DNA of 64,000 nucleotides from Schmidtea polychroa (Eukaryota): NCBI GenBank assembly GCA_044892525.1, contig CM097888.1, positions 36,580,001 to 36,644,000 of the forward strand, read 5' to 3'. Shown piece by piece: positions 26,554 to 37,016 of this stretch (position 1 is its first letter; each line of letters starts with the position of its first letter). The notes under the pieces were generated by a model. It saw only the letters and a program-made list of their open reading frames with translations, ran no database searches and was not told where the DNA came from. The position numbers and the translations under genes were made by a program.

Positions 26554-26923
26554 AAGTAATGGTGTAAAATATTTTTGTCGAATGTCTCACTTGAATAAAA
26601 TAAACAGTGCAAGCTTTGTGATACCCAGTGCAAATCCCAATAGTAGACTAGTTTCGAGCTTTTGGCTCTCATCAGTACTATGCAGGAGACACGAAAATTT
26701 CTCTTCGCGCCAGGTAAGTATACAATATTGTTGATTCAACTATGAAGGTGATTATGATTTTTCATACGCCATGTTTACAAGTTTACAGATTTTTTCTGTG
26801 ACCAAGCTATTTTGCAAGCGATGTGATTTCCAGTGTAGCGGGGAAAGTATGCAATAGAGTTGAATCAACAATATTGTATACTTACCTGGCGCGAAAAGAA
26901 ATCTTCGTGTCTCCTGCATAGTA
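26554..26923 (-). mobile_element. 370-bp hammerhead-containing non-autonomous insertion (retrozyme/PLE-derived-like), copy 1
   Basis: Flanked by CATTTGTTTATA (26542-26553) and CATTTTTTTATA (26924-26935). A single-copy empty site is at 46550-46561. Contains a hammerhead and a 67-bp inverted repeat (26675-26741 / 26858-26924). Confidence 0.75.
26640..26681 (-). ncRNA. Minimal type I hammerhead ribozyme
   Basis: ATAGTA-CTGATGA-GAGC-CAAAA-GCTC-GAAA-CTAG-TC^TACTAT: canonical core, 6-bp stem I, 4-bp stem II, palindromic ACTAGT stem III. Predicted cleavage between 26646 and 26645. Confidence 0.9.
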
Positions 26924-27572
26924 CATTTTTTTATATTACAATATTTCATTTTTTTCAGGCAAAGAAATTTAATTCTGAGTTTTTTTGCTAATCATCTAAA
27001 AATGTGATCAAAAAGTAAGTTTCAAATGTTAATATCAGATTAAAAATTAGATATCATTTCTTATCATTGAATCTTTGGTATCATGAAAAATCAAAACACT
27101 TTGTGTAAAAGAGAATGATTTATTTTTAATTTGAACTTTTTCAAAATTGTAAACAAATCTGGGGGTAGTTTATTTATCAATGATTTTAAAAGTCATTTTT
27201 TGTTTAGTTTAATTTTAATAATAAATTAGTTACATTTTTTAGAAGAGCTTGTTTGCATTAGAAAGTTTGAACTAAATGACTTTCAATGTTTGGTTTATCA
27301 TTTTAGGCAAGAAGAAAATGTATGTCAGGCTCAATATGTTCAACCCTGCAAAAGTGAAACATTAATAAACTCACGAAACAAATTCCACATTTCTCTTTAA
27401 ATATTGCACCTTCTAATAACCTATTAATTTGAAATTATGTAATTTTATTTCTTTTGTCAATTGCTGCTTGTCTACATTTCATATGATTTATCTTGATTTT
27501 TACACCGGAAATTCAATTAATTTTAAATAATTTACAAAGTAGTCATTATATCATTATGATCCATCTCGTTTA

Positions 27573-27889
27573 NNNNNNNNNNNNNNNNNNNNNNNNNNNN
27601 NNNNNNNNNNNNNNNNNNNNNNNNNNNNNNNNNNNNNNNNNNNNNNNNNNNNNNNNNNNNNNNNNNNNNNNNNNNNNNNNNNNNNNNNNNNNNNNNNNNN
27701 NNNNNNNNNNNNNNNNNNNNNNNNNNNNNNNNNNNNNNNNNNNNNNNNNNNNNNNNNNNNNNNNNNNNNNNNNNNNNNNNNNNNNNNNNNNNNNNNNNNN
27801 NNNNNNNNNNNNNNNNNNNNNNNNNNNNNNNNNNNNNNNNNNNNNNNNNNNNNNNNNNNNNNNNNNNNNNNNNNNNNNNNNNNNNNNNN
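27573..27889. other. Assembly gap (others at 42595-42750, 47329-47559, 57838-58004)
   Basis: N runs. Three of the four follow the same cassette sequence ending ...ATCATTATGATC. Confidence 1.
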
Positions 27890-28248
27890 TGTTAATATTT
27901 TTTCATATAAATAAATCTCATAAAATTGAACGTATTATATGAAAAATATTTCATTTAATTCATTATTGTCTAAAAATTCACTCAAAACAATCTGGAGTTT
28001 AGAATTTATTATTTTGAGAATTAAATTAAATCGTACATCAAATTGACGATTTCTTTATTTAATGAATCATACAGAATTTATTTTTATTTACTAATATATA
28101 TGTTCGTTATTTTGAACAAATATTCATGATAAATGTTATTTGAGAAGATTCATAATAATGTAAATGCCATGAAAATGAATCACAAAAAACTTGTATTCAC
28201 ATATCTTTCATCTGTATAAAAGGACGATTTATAAAATTAATTTTAAAC

Positions 28249-28589
28249 ATGAAAATCTTAGTTCTCTTTAGTTTGATTTTGGTCTTTGTATGTTGGGCGC
28301 TCCCAGCAGAGGACTACTACAATGATATGGAAAATGAACCGGTTAACGAGAAATCTTTTGAAATTGGTAAAATGATTCTTGATTACTATTTTTTATCAAC
28401 TTCTTTATAGATAATAATGCTAATGAAAACCAGGTAGACAAGAAGTTATTTTCCCGTTGCAAACCAAAAATCAAAGATTGTCCACAGCATTTAAAATACC
28501 GTTGTAGAATGTGTATATACCACCAAAAACGAAAACCAATTCTTTGCCATTCAAATGGAACAATAACTTGTGTTCAAAAAAATTTTTAA
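28249..28589 (+). CDS. Secreted 6-Cys cationic peptide precursor, 98 aa, two exons (28249-28366, 28411-28589)
   Basis: MKILVLFSLILVFVCWA signal, acidic pro-region, KK, then LFSRCKPKIKDCPQHLKYRCRMCIYHQKRKPILCHSNGTITCVQKNF*. 44-nt GT-AG phase-1 intron, TATAAAAG at 28215, AATAAA at 28600. Confidence 0.85.
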
Positions 28590-29680
28590 ATACAACTTTA
28601 ATAAATGTATTTTTATTTTTATTTTATTTTATTTTCCTATTAGAAACTTTAAAATATATAATCTGGAAACATTGCATAAATAAAGTTCTTTTATTATAGT
28701 TTAAAATTTTTTCTTCATTCTTATAATTTTCAATTTTCTTCATCTACATTTCTTTTCAGATTATCAATCAATTTTTTGTTTTACATGATAAAAATTTTTA
28801 ATCAATAATTATGCATGCATTTATAGAAAGCTGTATCGATGATTCGTTTAAAAAAGAAGACAAATCAATGTTGTCAGAAAAGTAATGAAGAATAAAAAAA
28901 TGAAAATATCTCAATGGTGAAAAAGATAAAAGATTTAGCTGATATAATTGGCATGATAAATAGGACAATTTGATAATATGTTATAAGTTGAATTCATAAT
29001 TTGTTAACAATTAGGAAAAGTTAATTTGGTTTTTTTATTGTCAAGGTCAATTTCTCTATAAAACACAAATAAAATTTCATTTAATTTGCGAAATTAGTTT
29101 GAAATCTTTGTCAGGTCCTTAAATTTATTGTTAAAATGTTTCAATTGTTTACATGTAATCATTTTTTAGAATTGATATTTTTTTAAATTGCATTATTTTT
29201 CCATAAAGTAATAAACGATTTCTGTCGATTTATTGTCTTTGGCGTTATTTCAATATTGAGATAAACTTCTTGAAGGTATATAAGAAATTCATTTTTCTAC
29301 AAAATCGCATAATAAAAATTTAAAATATTGAATTATGTGTGCTACTGACAGATGTTTGTTAAAAAATTCTAGTTGAAATAATTTTATTTAATTTATAATG
29401 TAACAGTGTATATAAGAAATTTAATTCTCCATAAAGTGTTTTGATCTAGAACTGCAAATGGTTGTAATAAATTATTTTGTTGAAATTCATTTTTCTCTTT
29501 TACTTTTTTATTACTTTGTTGAAATATTTTTATTCTTTTGTTACAATTTGATAATTTATCCATAACATTGTTGAAATTTACCGATTCACAATTTGAAATA
29601 TTTTATTTTTATTTCCAATACGCTGTGAACTCATGAAGGCTAATAATTGTACACCCACCAATACACATTTGCAAATTTAT

Positions 29681-31036
29681 TTAAATCAACGAATAAACAG
29701 TGCATATCAAATTGTCGATTAAAACAGAAATATTTTGATTCGTTTCGCCAAATCTTTCACGTAGTTCTTCCAAACAATCTTCTAGAATATTACGATAACG
29801 TTTTTCTCTGCCTGTATCCTTGGCTGCACCCTTCCAAATGACATCAACATAATAACGCCATAACATATCGATGGAATGCCGCAAATTATCTAAGTCAACC
29901 ACAGGGAAATCGAGTAAATCGAATAAATCGAATAAATGTTTCACATTATTTACATTTAAAAATTCTTTTAGATAGTCTCTCCGAAATCTTATTTCTATTT
30001 GTTCAAAATCGCGCAAATCGCACCGAATATCTAGGTGAAGTCTTTGATACTTCAAGTTATCAAACCCTGACAATATCAGTTCTAAAATTTTTTTCATTGA
30101 TAATAAAACTTTTGTAACTATTTTGGAAAGAATTTCTGAATTTTTCTCTTGTGAAATTTCAAAAGATTCCATTTTACTGATTTTTGATTGGTCGGTTTCA
30201 GATTTTTCTTCAACTTTTATTGATTTACTGTTTGCGTCAGAAATTACTGCCATAATTTTCATTCGATAATTGGATAATAATGGGAACAAATATTCGACGT
30301 GCTTAAATCCATTGTAATAAAGAGAACTTATTAGGCTTATTGTCATATCTATTGATTCAATGTAGAAAATATTTAAATTATTCATATTCTCTGATTTTTT
30401 TGATAGGTCAGATAAATCTTGTTTCAGCTCTTCCCAGGTGATTGATTGGTTAGCATAATTTTTCATGCCGAGTTCCGCTAATTTGATAATGGAGTTCATC
30501 GTGCGACAGCAACATTTATATTCTCCAACTTGATATCGAATCTGGTCCACCAGATTGACACTATTTCTATCGTCCAATTCATCGTCCAATTCATAGTCCA
30601 ATTCGTCAGTCCAACTTGTAAATGATGTAGAAACTATTTTTATCTTTTCTGAAAAATCTTTAAATTCTAATTCTGATATTTCTCTATTCATTGGTTGAAA
30701 AATTAACGAAATATTTTTCCAATGGATTGAATTGGCTCGGAAAACTTTAACAAGCTCTTTCATTTTACCTAAATATGATAGGTTATTTACACAATTTTCA
30801 TCGCTTCCTAGAGTTGACATGAGATAGAACTCTACTCCCGTTATCAAATTTTCTGCATTTTCTGCCAAATATTTCAGAGATGTTACTGATTTTTGGTCAA
30901 TTGGACAGATAGGATTTTTGGGCATCATTTCCTTTGTACAATTGCGACAGAACGAATGTCCGCAACATTCAAATATTATCCTCGACTCATCTGTTATTGG
31001 ATCATAGCATATTAAACATTCTTCATCAATTTCCAT
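29681..31036 (-). CDS. Intronless RING-finger protein (C3HC3D-type RING-HC plus unknown helical region), 451 aa
   Basis: CLIC-x13-CGHSFCRNC-x10-CPID at the N-terminus. Long uninterrupted ORF in AT-rich DNA, also intact in a second copy. Confidence 0.85.
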   Translation of the reverse strand: MEIDEECLICYDPITDESRIIFECCGHSFCRNCTKEMMPKNPICPIDQKSVTSLKYLAENAENLITGVEFYLMSTLGSDENCVNNLSYLGKMKELVKVFRANSIHWKNISLIFQPMNREISELEFKDFSEKIKIVSTSFTSWTDELDYELDDELDDRNSVNLVDQIRYQVGEYKCCCRTMNSIIKLAELGMKNYANQSITWEELKQDLSDLSKKSENMNNLNIFYIESIDMTISLISSLYYNGFKHVEYLFPLLSNYRMKIMAVISDANSKSIKVEEKSETDQSKISKMESFEISQEKNSEILSKIVTKVLLSMKKILELILSGFDNLKYQRLHLDIRCDLRDFEQIEIRFRRDYLKEFLNVNNVKHLFDLFDLLDFPVVDLDNLRHSIDMLWRYYVDVIWKGAAKDTGREKRYRNILEDCLEELRERFGETNQNISVLIDNLICTVYSLI

Positions 31037-32776
31037 TGGTATTTATTTCTAGATTTAATAAAATTAGCTAATTTAGCTAATTAAATAAATGAATAATAAT
31101 TATTTTCAAATATTTATCATTAATTTTATTGGTTAAATTTATTCCAATCTTAATGAAAATTTTTAAATTTTTAAAGAAATTTGAATTATTAATATCAATA
31201 AGTTTCATATAGAAATCCCAGTTATATTTTATATAATAATTACATTTATTTTTATTTGAAATTTAGATTTTAGAATTTTTTAAAAAGTATATTTTATAAA
31301 TATTTTTTATTGTTTTAATTGTTTTAAATATATTTTACACTTTAAAATTTTATATTAAATATTTATTTTATGTTAACATCAAACAAACAAAGGTCATTAA
31401 AAGTTATACTATATTTACGGTAAATATATTTTTTTGGAAAAATAAAGAACATCGAAGAAAATAAAAAAGTACCTTATAAAATCCATAAATTTATAACATT
31501 ATTTTCAAAAATAGCAGTGAAATAAAGGACTGTCCTCTTAAATGATCGACGTATGGTCACCAGTAGGTAGTTAATAGCTAGTCGCAGCAGTACCCTCACA
31601 AAGGGGTTGCTACAGAATTTTTTTTCTCAATGGTTACTTAATTGCTGCAAAGTGCAACACTTATTTTTTCTGGTGTTTTCAATACAAAAAAAGTTCTATA
31701 GAAAAAAAGCCATGTTTTTCTGACTATAGTGAGGGGTGTCCTTGGTTCTGGGATTTTAAATACAAATATCAGTCTACACTAAAAAACCAAGGAATCATTC
31801 GGAATCAATGAATAATTCGGGTGGGTCTCTTTGGTATTGGGATTTTCAATACAAAAACATTGTAAATTAAGGATTAAAATGTAAATTATGGGTCTAAAAA
31901 TTGAATTAAATTAATCAATGGACTGAAATAAGTAAAGTAAATTAAATCAAAGGCCTGAAATTGAATTAATGTTCAAAATTTAAAATTAAATTAAATTTAG
32001 GTTCAAAATTTCAAAATAGAGTAAATTAAAGTAAGAATTTTAAATTTATTATCAAAAACTTTAAATCACAACCAACTTTTGAGAAATAAAAATTTTAAAT
32101 GAAAATTTTAATGAAATAATTTTTATTGACAATTTTAGATTGAAATTTGTTTTTGAAATATTTTTCAATGTTATATTTTAAAATTAAGTAATCAATGGTC
32201 TAGAATTTTAAATAAGTAAATTAAAGTTAAAAATTTAATTTTAAAGTAATATTTTAAAATTAAAGTAAATTAATGTAATATGTAAATTAAAGTAAGAATT
32301 TTTAATTTACTATCAAATAGTTTTAATAATATTCTGCTTTTGAGATATGAAATTTTAGGATGAAATTTTTATGAAATAATTTTTAAAATTAAATTTAAAT
32401 GGAAATTTCTATAAAACAATTTTGAAAGTCAAATTTAAATAGAAATTTTGCTAATAATAATAGTATTAATAATAATATTCAGAAAAGAATCTAACTAATA
32501 AAACAAAATTAAATAATTCAATTTATTCATTAATACTCTTATGGCTTAAAACTCATTTATAATATTTGAATGGTCATAATTGAATGCGGCGGTTTTTGCC
32601 ATATCTTTACATTACTTTATATAATTTGCAGTGAAAATACTTTGTGGTGGCAGAACCACTGTTCTATATGTTGATGTTTTCTTAGCATTTAGAATTAGAT
32701 TTCCGTGGCAAAGGTTTATTAAGTATATTCCAAGCTACTTTAAGAATAAATGAATGAAGAACAAATTTATCAATTG

Positions 32777-33169
32777 TTACGTAACCCATACTCCAGTTTC
32801 TTTCGATTTGGGTTTGCTGATTTCTTCTTCAACGTACAACTTTGCTGTGCAATATGCTGTCTTATGATTAAAGTTCTTTGAAACCTTTTTTATTCCAAAG
32901 TATAAAAAGCTGCCCAATAAAATACCTGGGTATTTTTAATTTAAAAAAATTACTTACATTAATTTACCGTAAATTGGAACTTTATAGCTGAACTTATCTG
33001 ATTCTTCTGAATTGCTATTTTGTTTTGACTCATTTTCATGGTACCAAAGTGGAAATCTTAAATTCTAATTATAATATATATAAAGTAATTTTTATATTAC
33101 AATGACATTCACTTTTAAATGAAACAAAATGTTATTTTTATAAATTTTCCTAAGGAAATAATTAGCCAT
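32777..33169 (-). pseudogene. Truncated SUOX duplicate (exons 1-2 and start of exon 3), intact 100-aa spliced ORF
   Basis: Same exon structure as 23940-24329. Ends GVWVT-TAA at the rearrangement junction. Confidence 0.8.
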
Positions 33170-34110
33170 AAGATTTAAGACACGGCTAATTTTTAACTGA
33201 GAAAATTGAAAAAATAATGACAAAATGATTTAAAATTAATATTTAGGTCAAAATTAATTTTTGCAATTCAAGTCAAATTTCTTTCTGAAATACACATACT
33301 TTTACGATTATTAAAACAATAGTTATCAAGGTCAGCTCATAGAACTGAAATAATGAAATGAAAAGAAATAAATTTTACTCAATCCATTATTATCACATAG
33401 TTATACAATTTTTTTATAAAAACACTTCGTGTCTGTGCTCGACCTGACCTGTCAAGACTTTCAATTCTATCCATTTCTGTATATAACTGCATCTAATATT
33501 TCATATACCGCTAAATGCCCGTCGCAAGCGACTTTGGTGCTGCAATTTAGTAGGTGGTCGTTAGCAAGAGACGAGTACCCTTACGAAGATTGCTAATGCT
33601 CTGATGCGTGTCTGTGTTCATAGGGTATAACGCCTCATTTCCTCTTTTGCTCTCAACGTCATTTTTTGTTTATCCTAATTTTGTGTATTCGAATTTAACC
33701 AAAATTTCCGTTTCAAGATATTTAATAATTAAGAATACGAGATTGTTTACCTAAAAATATTTTTCAATTTGAACTGTGTAAAAAGTAGAACAAATCCAAT
33801 ATCATTCCATGAAAGGTTTCAAGTGATACAAATAACATTTACAAAAATTGCAAATCAAGAAATAATAAATAAAATAGTCCTCAAAATGAGAAAGAATTAA
33901 CCTGAAGATTTCAAAACACAAAAGTATTTACATAGAAAAAAATACTCATTTTATATCAAAACTCTAAATTGTCAATCTACTCTTTGTGATCTGTGTAAAT
34001 TGCCAGATACTCCAGTCATTAGATTTTGCATTAAAATGTTAAAAATTATTGGAGACTTTTCAATATTTTTTCACATATTTTTATTTACCGACTGAAATTT
34101 GACGTACCGC

Positions 34111-34330
34111 ATGATTCTTGATTATTATTTTTTATCAACTTCTTTATAGATAATAATGCTAATGAAAACCAGGTAGACAAGAAGTTATTTTCCCGTAGCA
34201 AATCAGAAATCAAAGATTGTCCACAGCATTTAAAATACCGATGTAGAATGTGTATATACCACCAAAAACGAAAACCAATTCTTTGCCATTCAAATGGAAC
34301 AATAACTTGTGTTCAAAAAAATTTAAAATA
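34111..34330 (+). pseudogene. 5'-truncated copy of the Cys-rich peptide gene
   Basis: Starts inside the intron, so exon 1 is lost. First Cys TGC>AGC and the stop codon region is altered. Confidence 0.85.
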
Positions 34331-35441
34331 CAACTTTAATAAATGTATTTTTATCTTTATTTTATTTTATTTTTCTATTAGAAACTTTAAAATATATAAT
34401 CTGGAAACATTGCATAAATAAAGTTCTTTTATTATAGTTTAAAATTTTTTCTTCAATCATATAATTTTCAATTTTCTTCATCTACATTTCTTTTCAGATT
34501 ATCAATCAATTTTTTGTTTTACATGATAAAAATTTTTAATCAATAATTGTGCATGCATTTGTAGAAAGCTGTATCGATGATTCGTTTAAAAAAGAAGACA
34601 AATCAATGTTGTCAGAAAAGTAATGAAGAATAAAAAAATGAAAATATCTCAATGGTGAAAAAGATAAAAGATTTTGCTGATATAATTGGCATGATAAATA
34701 GGACAATTTGATAATATGTTATGAGTTGAATTCATATTTTGTTAACAATTTGGAAAAGTTAATTTGGTATTTTTATTGTCAAGGTCAACTTCTCTATAAA
34801 ACAAAAATAAAATTTCATTTAATTTGCGAAATTAGTTTGAAATCTTTGTCAGGTCCTTAAATTTATTGTTAAAATGTTTCAATTGTTTTCATGTAATCAT
34901 TTTTTAGAATTTATATTTTTTTAAATTGCATTATTTTTCCATAAAGTAATAAACGATTTCTGTCGATTTATTGTCTTTGGCGTTATTTCAATATTGAGAT
35001 AAACTTCTTGAAGGTATATAAGAAATTCATTTTTCTACAAAATCGTATAAAAAAATTTAAAATATTGAATTATGTGTGCTACTGACAGATGTTTGTTAAA
35101 AAATTCTAGTTGAAATAATTTTATTTAATTTATAATGTAACAGTGTATATATGAAATTTAATTCTCCATAAAGTGTTTTGATCTAGAACTGCAAATGGTT
35201 GTAATAAATTATTTTGTTGAAATTCATTTTTTCTCATTTACGTTTTTATTACTTTGTTGAAATATTTTTATTCTTTTGTTACAATTTGATAATTTATCCA
35301 TAACATTGTTGAAATTTACCGAAATATATTAATTTAATGAAAGATTTCACAATTTGTAATATTTTATTTTTATTTCCAATACGCTGTGAACTTATGAAGA
35401 CTAATAATTGTACACCCACCAATACACATTTGCAAATTTAT

Positions 35442-37016
35442 TTAAATCAACCAATAAACAGTGGATATCAAATTGTCAATTAAAACAGAAATATTTTCAT
35501 TGGTTTCGCCAAATCTTTCACGTAGTTTTTCCAAACAATCTTCTAGAATATTACGATAACGTTCTTCTCTGCCTGTATCCTTGGCTGCACCCTTCCAAAT
35601 GACACTAACATAATAATGCCATAACATATCGATGGAATGCCGCAAATGATCTAAGTCAACCACAGGAAAATCGAGTAAATCGAATAAATCGAATAAATCT
35701 TTCACATTATTTACATTTAAAAATTCTTTTAGATAGTCCCTTTGAAATCTTATTTCGAAATCATGCAAATCGCACCGAATATCTAGGTCAAGTCTTTGAT
35801 ACTTCAAGTCATCAAACCCTGACAATATCAGTTCGAAAATTTTTTTCATTGATAATAAAACTTTTGTAACTATTTTGGAAAGAATTTCTGAATTTTTCTC
35901 TTGTGAAATTTCAAAAGATTCCATTTTACTGATTTTTGATTGGTCGGTTTCAGATTTTTCTTCAACTTTTATTGATTTACTGTTTGCGTCAGAAATTACT
36001 GCCATAATTTTCATTCGATAATTGGATAATAATGGGAACAAATATTCGACGTGCTTAAATCCATTGTAATAAAGAGAACTTATTAGGCTTATTGTCATAT
36101 CTATTGATTCAATGTAGAAAATATTTAAATTATTCATATTCTCTGATTTTTTTGATAGGTCAGATAAATCTTGTTTCAGCTCTTCCCAGGTGATTGATTG
36201 GTTAGCATAATTTTTCATGCTGAGTTTCGCTAATTTGATAATGAAGTTCATCGTGCGACAGCAACATTCATATTCTCCAACTTGATATCGAATCTGGTGC
36301 ACCAGATTGACACTATTTCCATCGTCCAATTCATCGTCCAATTCATCGTCCAATTCATCGTCCAATTCATCGTCCAATTCATCGTCCAATTCATCGTCCA
36401 ATTCATCGTCCAATTCATCGTCCAATTCATCGTCCAATTCATCGTCCAATTCATCGTCCAATTCATCGTCCAATTCATCGTCCAATTCATCGTCCAATTC
36501 ATCGTCCAATTCATCGTCCAATTCATCGTCCAATTCATCGTCAAATTCATCGTCAAATTCATCGTGCAATTCATAGTCCGATTCGTCAGTCCAACTTGTA
36601 AATGATGTAGAAACTATTTTTATCTTTTCTGAAAAATCTTTAAATTCTAATTCTGATATTTCTCTATTCATTGGTTGAAAAATTAACGAAATATTTTTCC
36701 AATGGATTGAATTGGCTCGGAAAACTTTAACAAGCTCTTTCATTTTACCTAAATATGATAGGTTATTTACACAATTTTCATCGCTTTCTAGAGTTGACAT
36801 GAGATAGAACTCTACTCCCGTTATCAAATTTTCTGCATTTTCTGCCAAATATTTCAGAGATGTTACTGATTTTCGGTCAATTGGACAGGTATGATTATTG
36901 AGTATCATTTCCTTTGTACAATTGCGACAAAACGAATGTCCGCAACATTCAAATATTATCCTCGACTCATCTGTTATTGGATCATAGCATATTAAACATT
37001 CTTCATCAATTTCCAT
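35442..37016 (-). CDS. RING-finger protein paralog, 524 aa, with an in-frame (DDEL)n expansion
   Basis: Paralog of 29681-31036 with 19 extra 12-bp units, a 3-aa deletion and scattered substitutions. Confidence 0.85.
   Translation of the reverse strand: MEIDEECLICYDPITDESRIIFECCGHSFCRNCTKEMILNNHTCPIDRKSVTSLKYLAENAENLITGVEFYLMSTLESDENCVNNLSYLGKMKELVKVFRANSIHWKNISLIFQPMNREISELEFKDFSEKIKIVSTSFTSWTDESDYELHDEFDDEFDDELDDELDDELDDELDDELDDELDDELDDELDDELDDELDDELDDELDDELDDELDDELDDELDDELDDELDDGNSVNLVHQIRYQVGEYECCCRTMNFIIKLAKLSMKNYANQSITWEELKQDLSDLSKKSENMNNLNIFYIESIDMTISLISSLYYNGFKHVEYLFPLLSNYRMKIMAVISDANSKSIKVEEKSETDQSKISKMESFEISQEKNSEILSKIVTKVLLSMKKIFELILSGFDDLKYQRLDLDIRCDLHDFEIRFQRDYLKEFLNVNNVKDLFDLFDLLDFPVVDLDHLRHSIDMLWHYYVSVIWKGAAKDTGREERYRNILEDCLEKLRERFGETNENISVLIDNLISTVYWLI
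36320..36576. repeat. 12-bp coding minisatellite (TCATCGTCCAAT)n, about 21 units
   Basis: Directly visible. Encodes DELD/DEFD repeats in the RING ORF. Confidence 0.97.

Noticed and set aside
26878-26921. U1 snRNA gene
   Set aside because: Only the first 14 nt resemble U1. No stem-loop I/II or Sm site follows, and the sequence is one arm of an inverted repeat.
26678-26921. Simple TA-flanked Tc1/mariner MITE
   Set aside because: It looks like one in isolation. However, the empty site removes a larger 370-bp unit bounded by 12-bp repeats, and the arm overlaps a hammerhead, so the MITE reading explains less.
27493-27942. ORFs spanning N runs (also 42526-42843, 47255-47572, 57694-58029)
   Set aside because: Artefacts of translating through assembly gaps.
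28511-28699. 62-aa ORF MYIPPKTK... (also 58626-58814)
   Set aside because: Wrong frame of the peptide gene's exon 2 plus its 3' UTR.
36320-36576. CRISPR-like or satellite array
   Set aside because: Head-to-tail 12-mers with no spacers, inside a eukaryotic ORF.
36248-36605. ORFs (MNWT)n, (IVQF)n and (SSNS)n
   Set aside because: Alternative frames of the stop-free 12-bp repeat inside the RING ORF.
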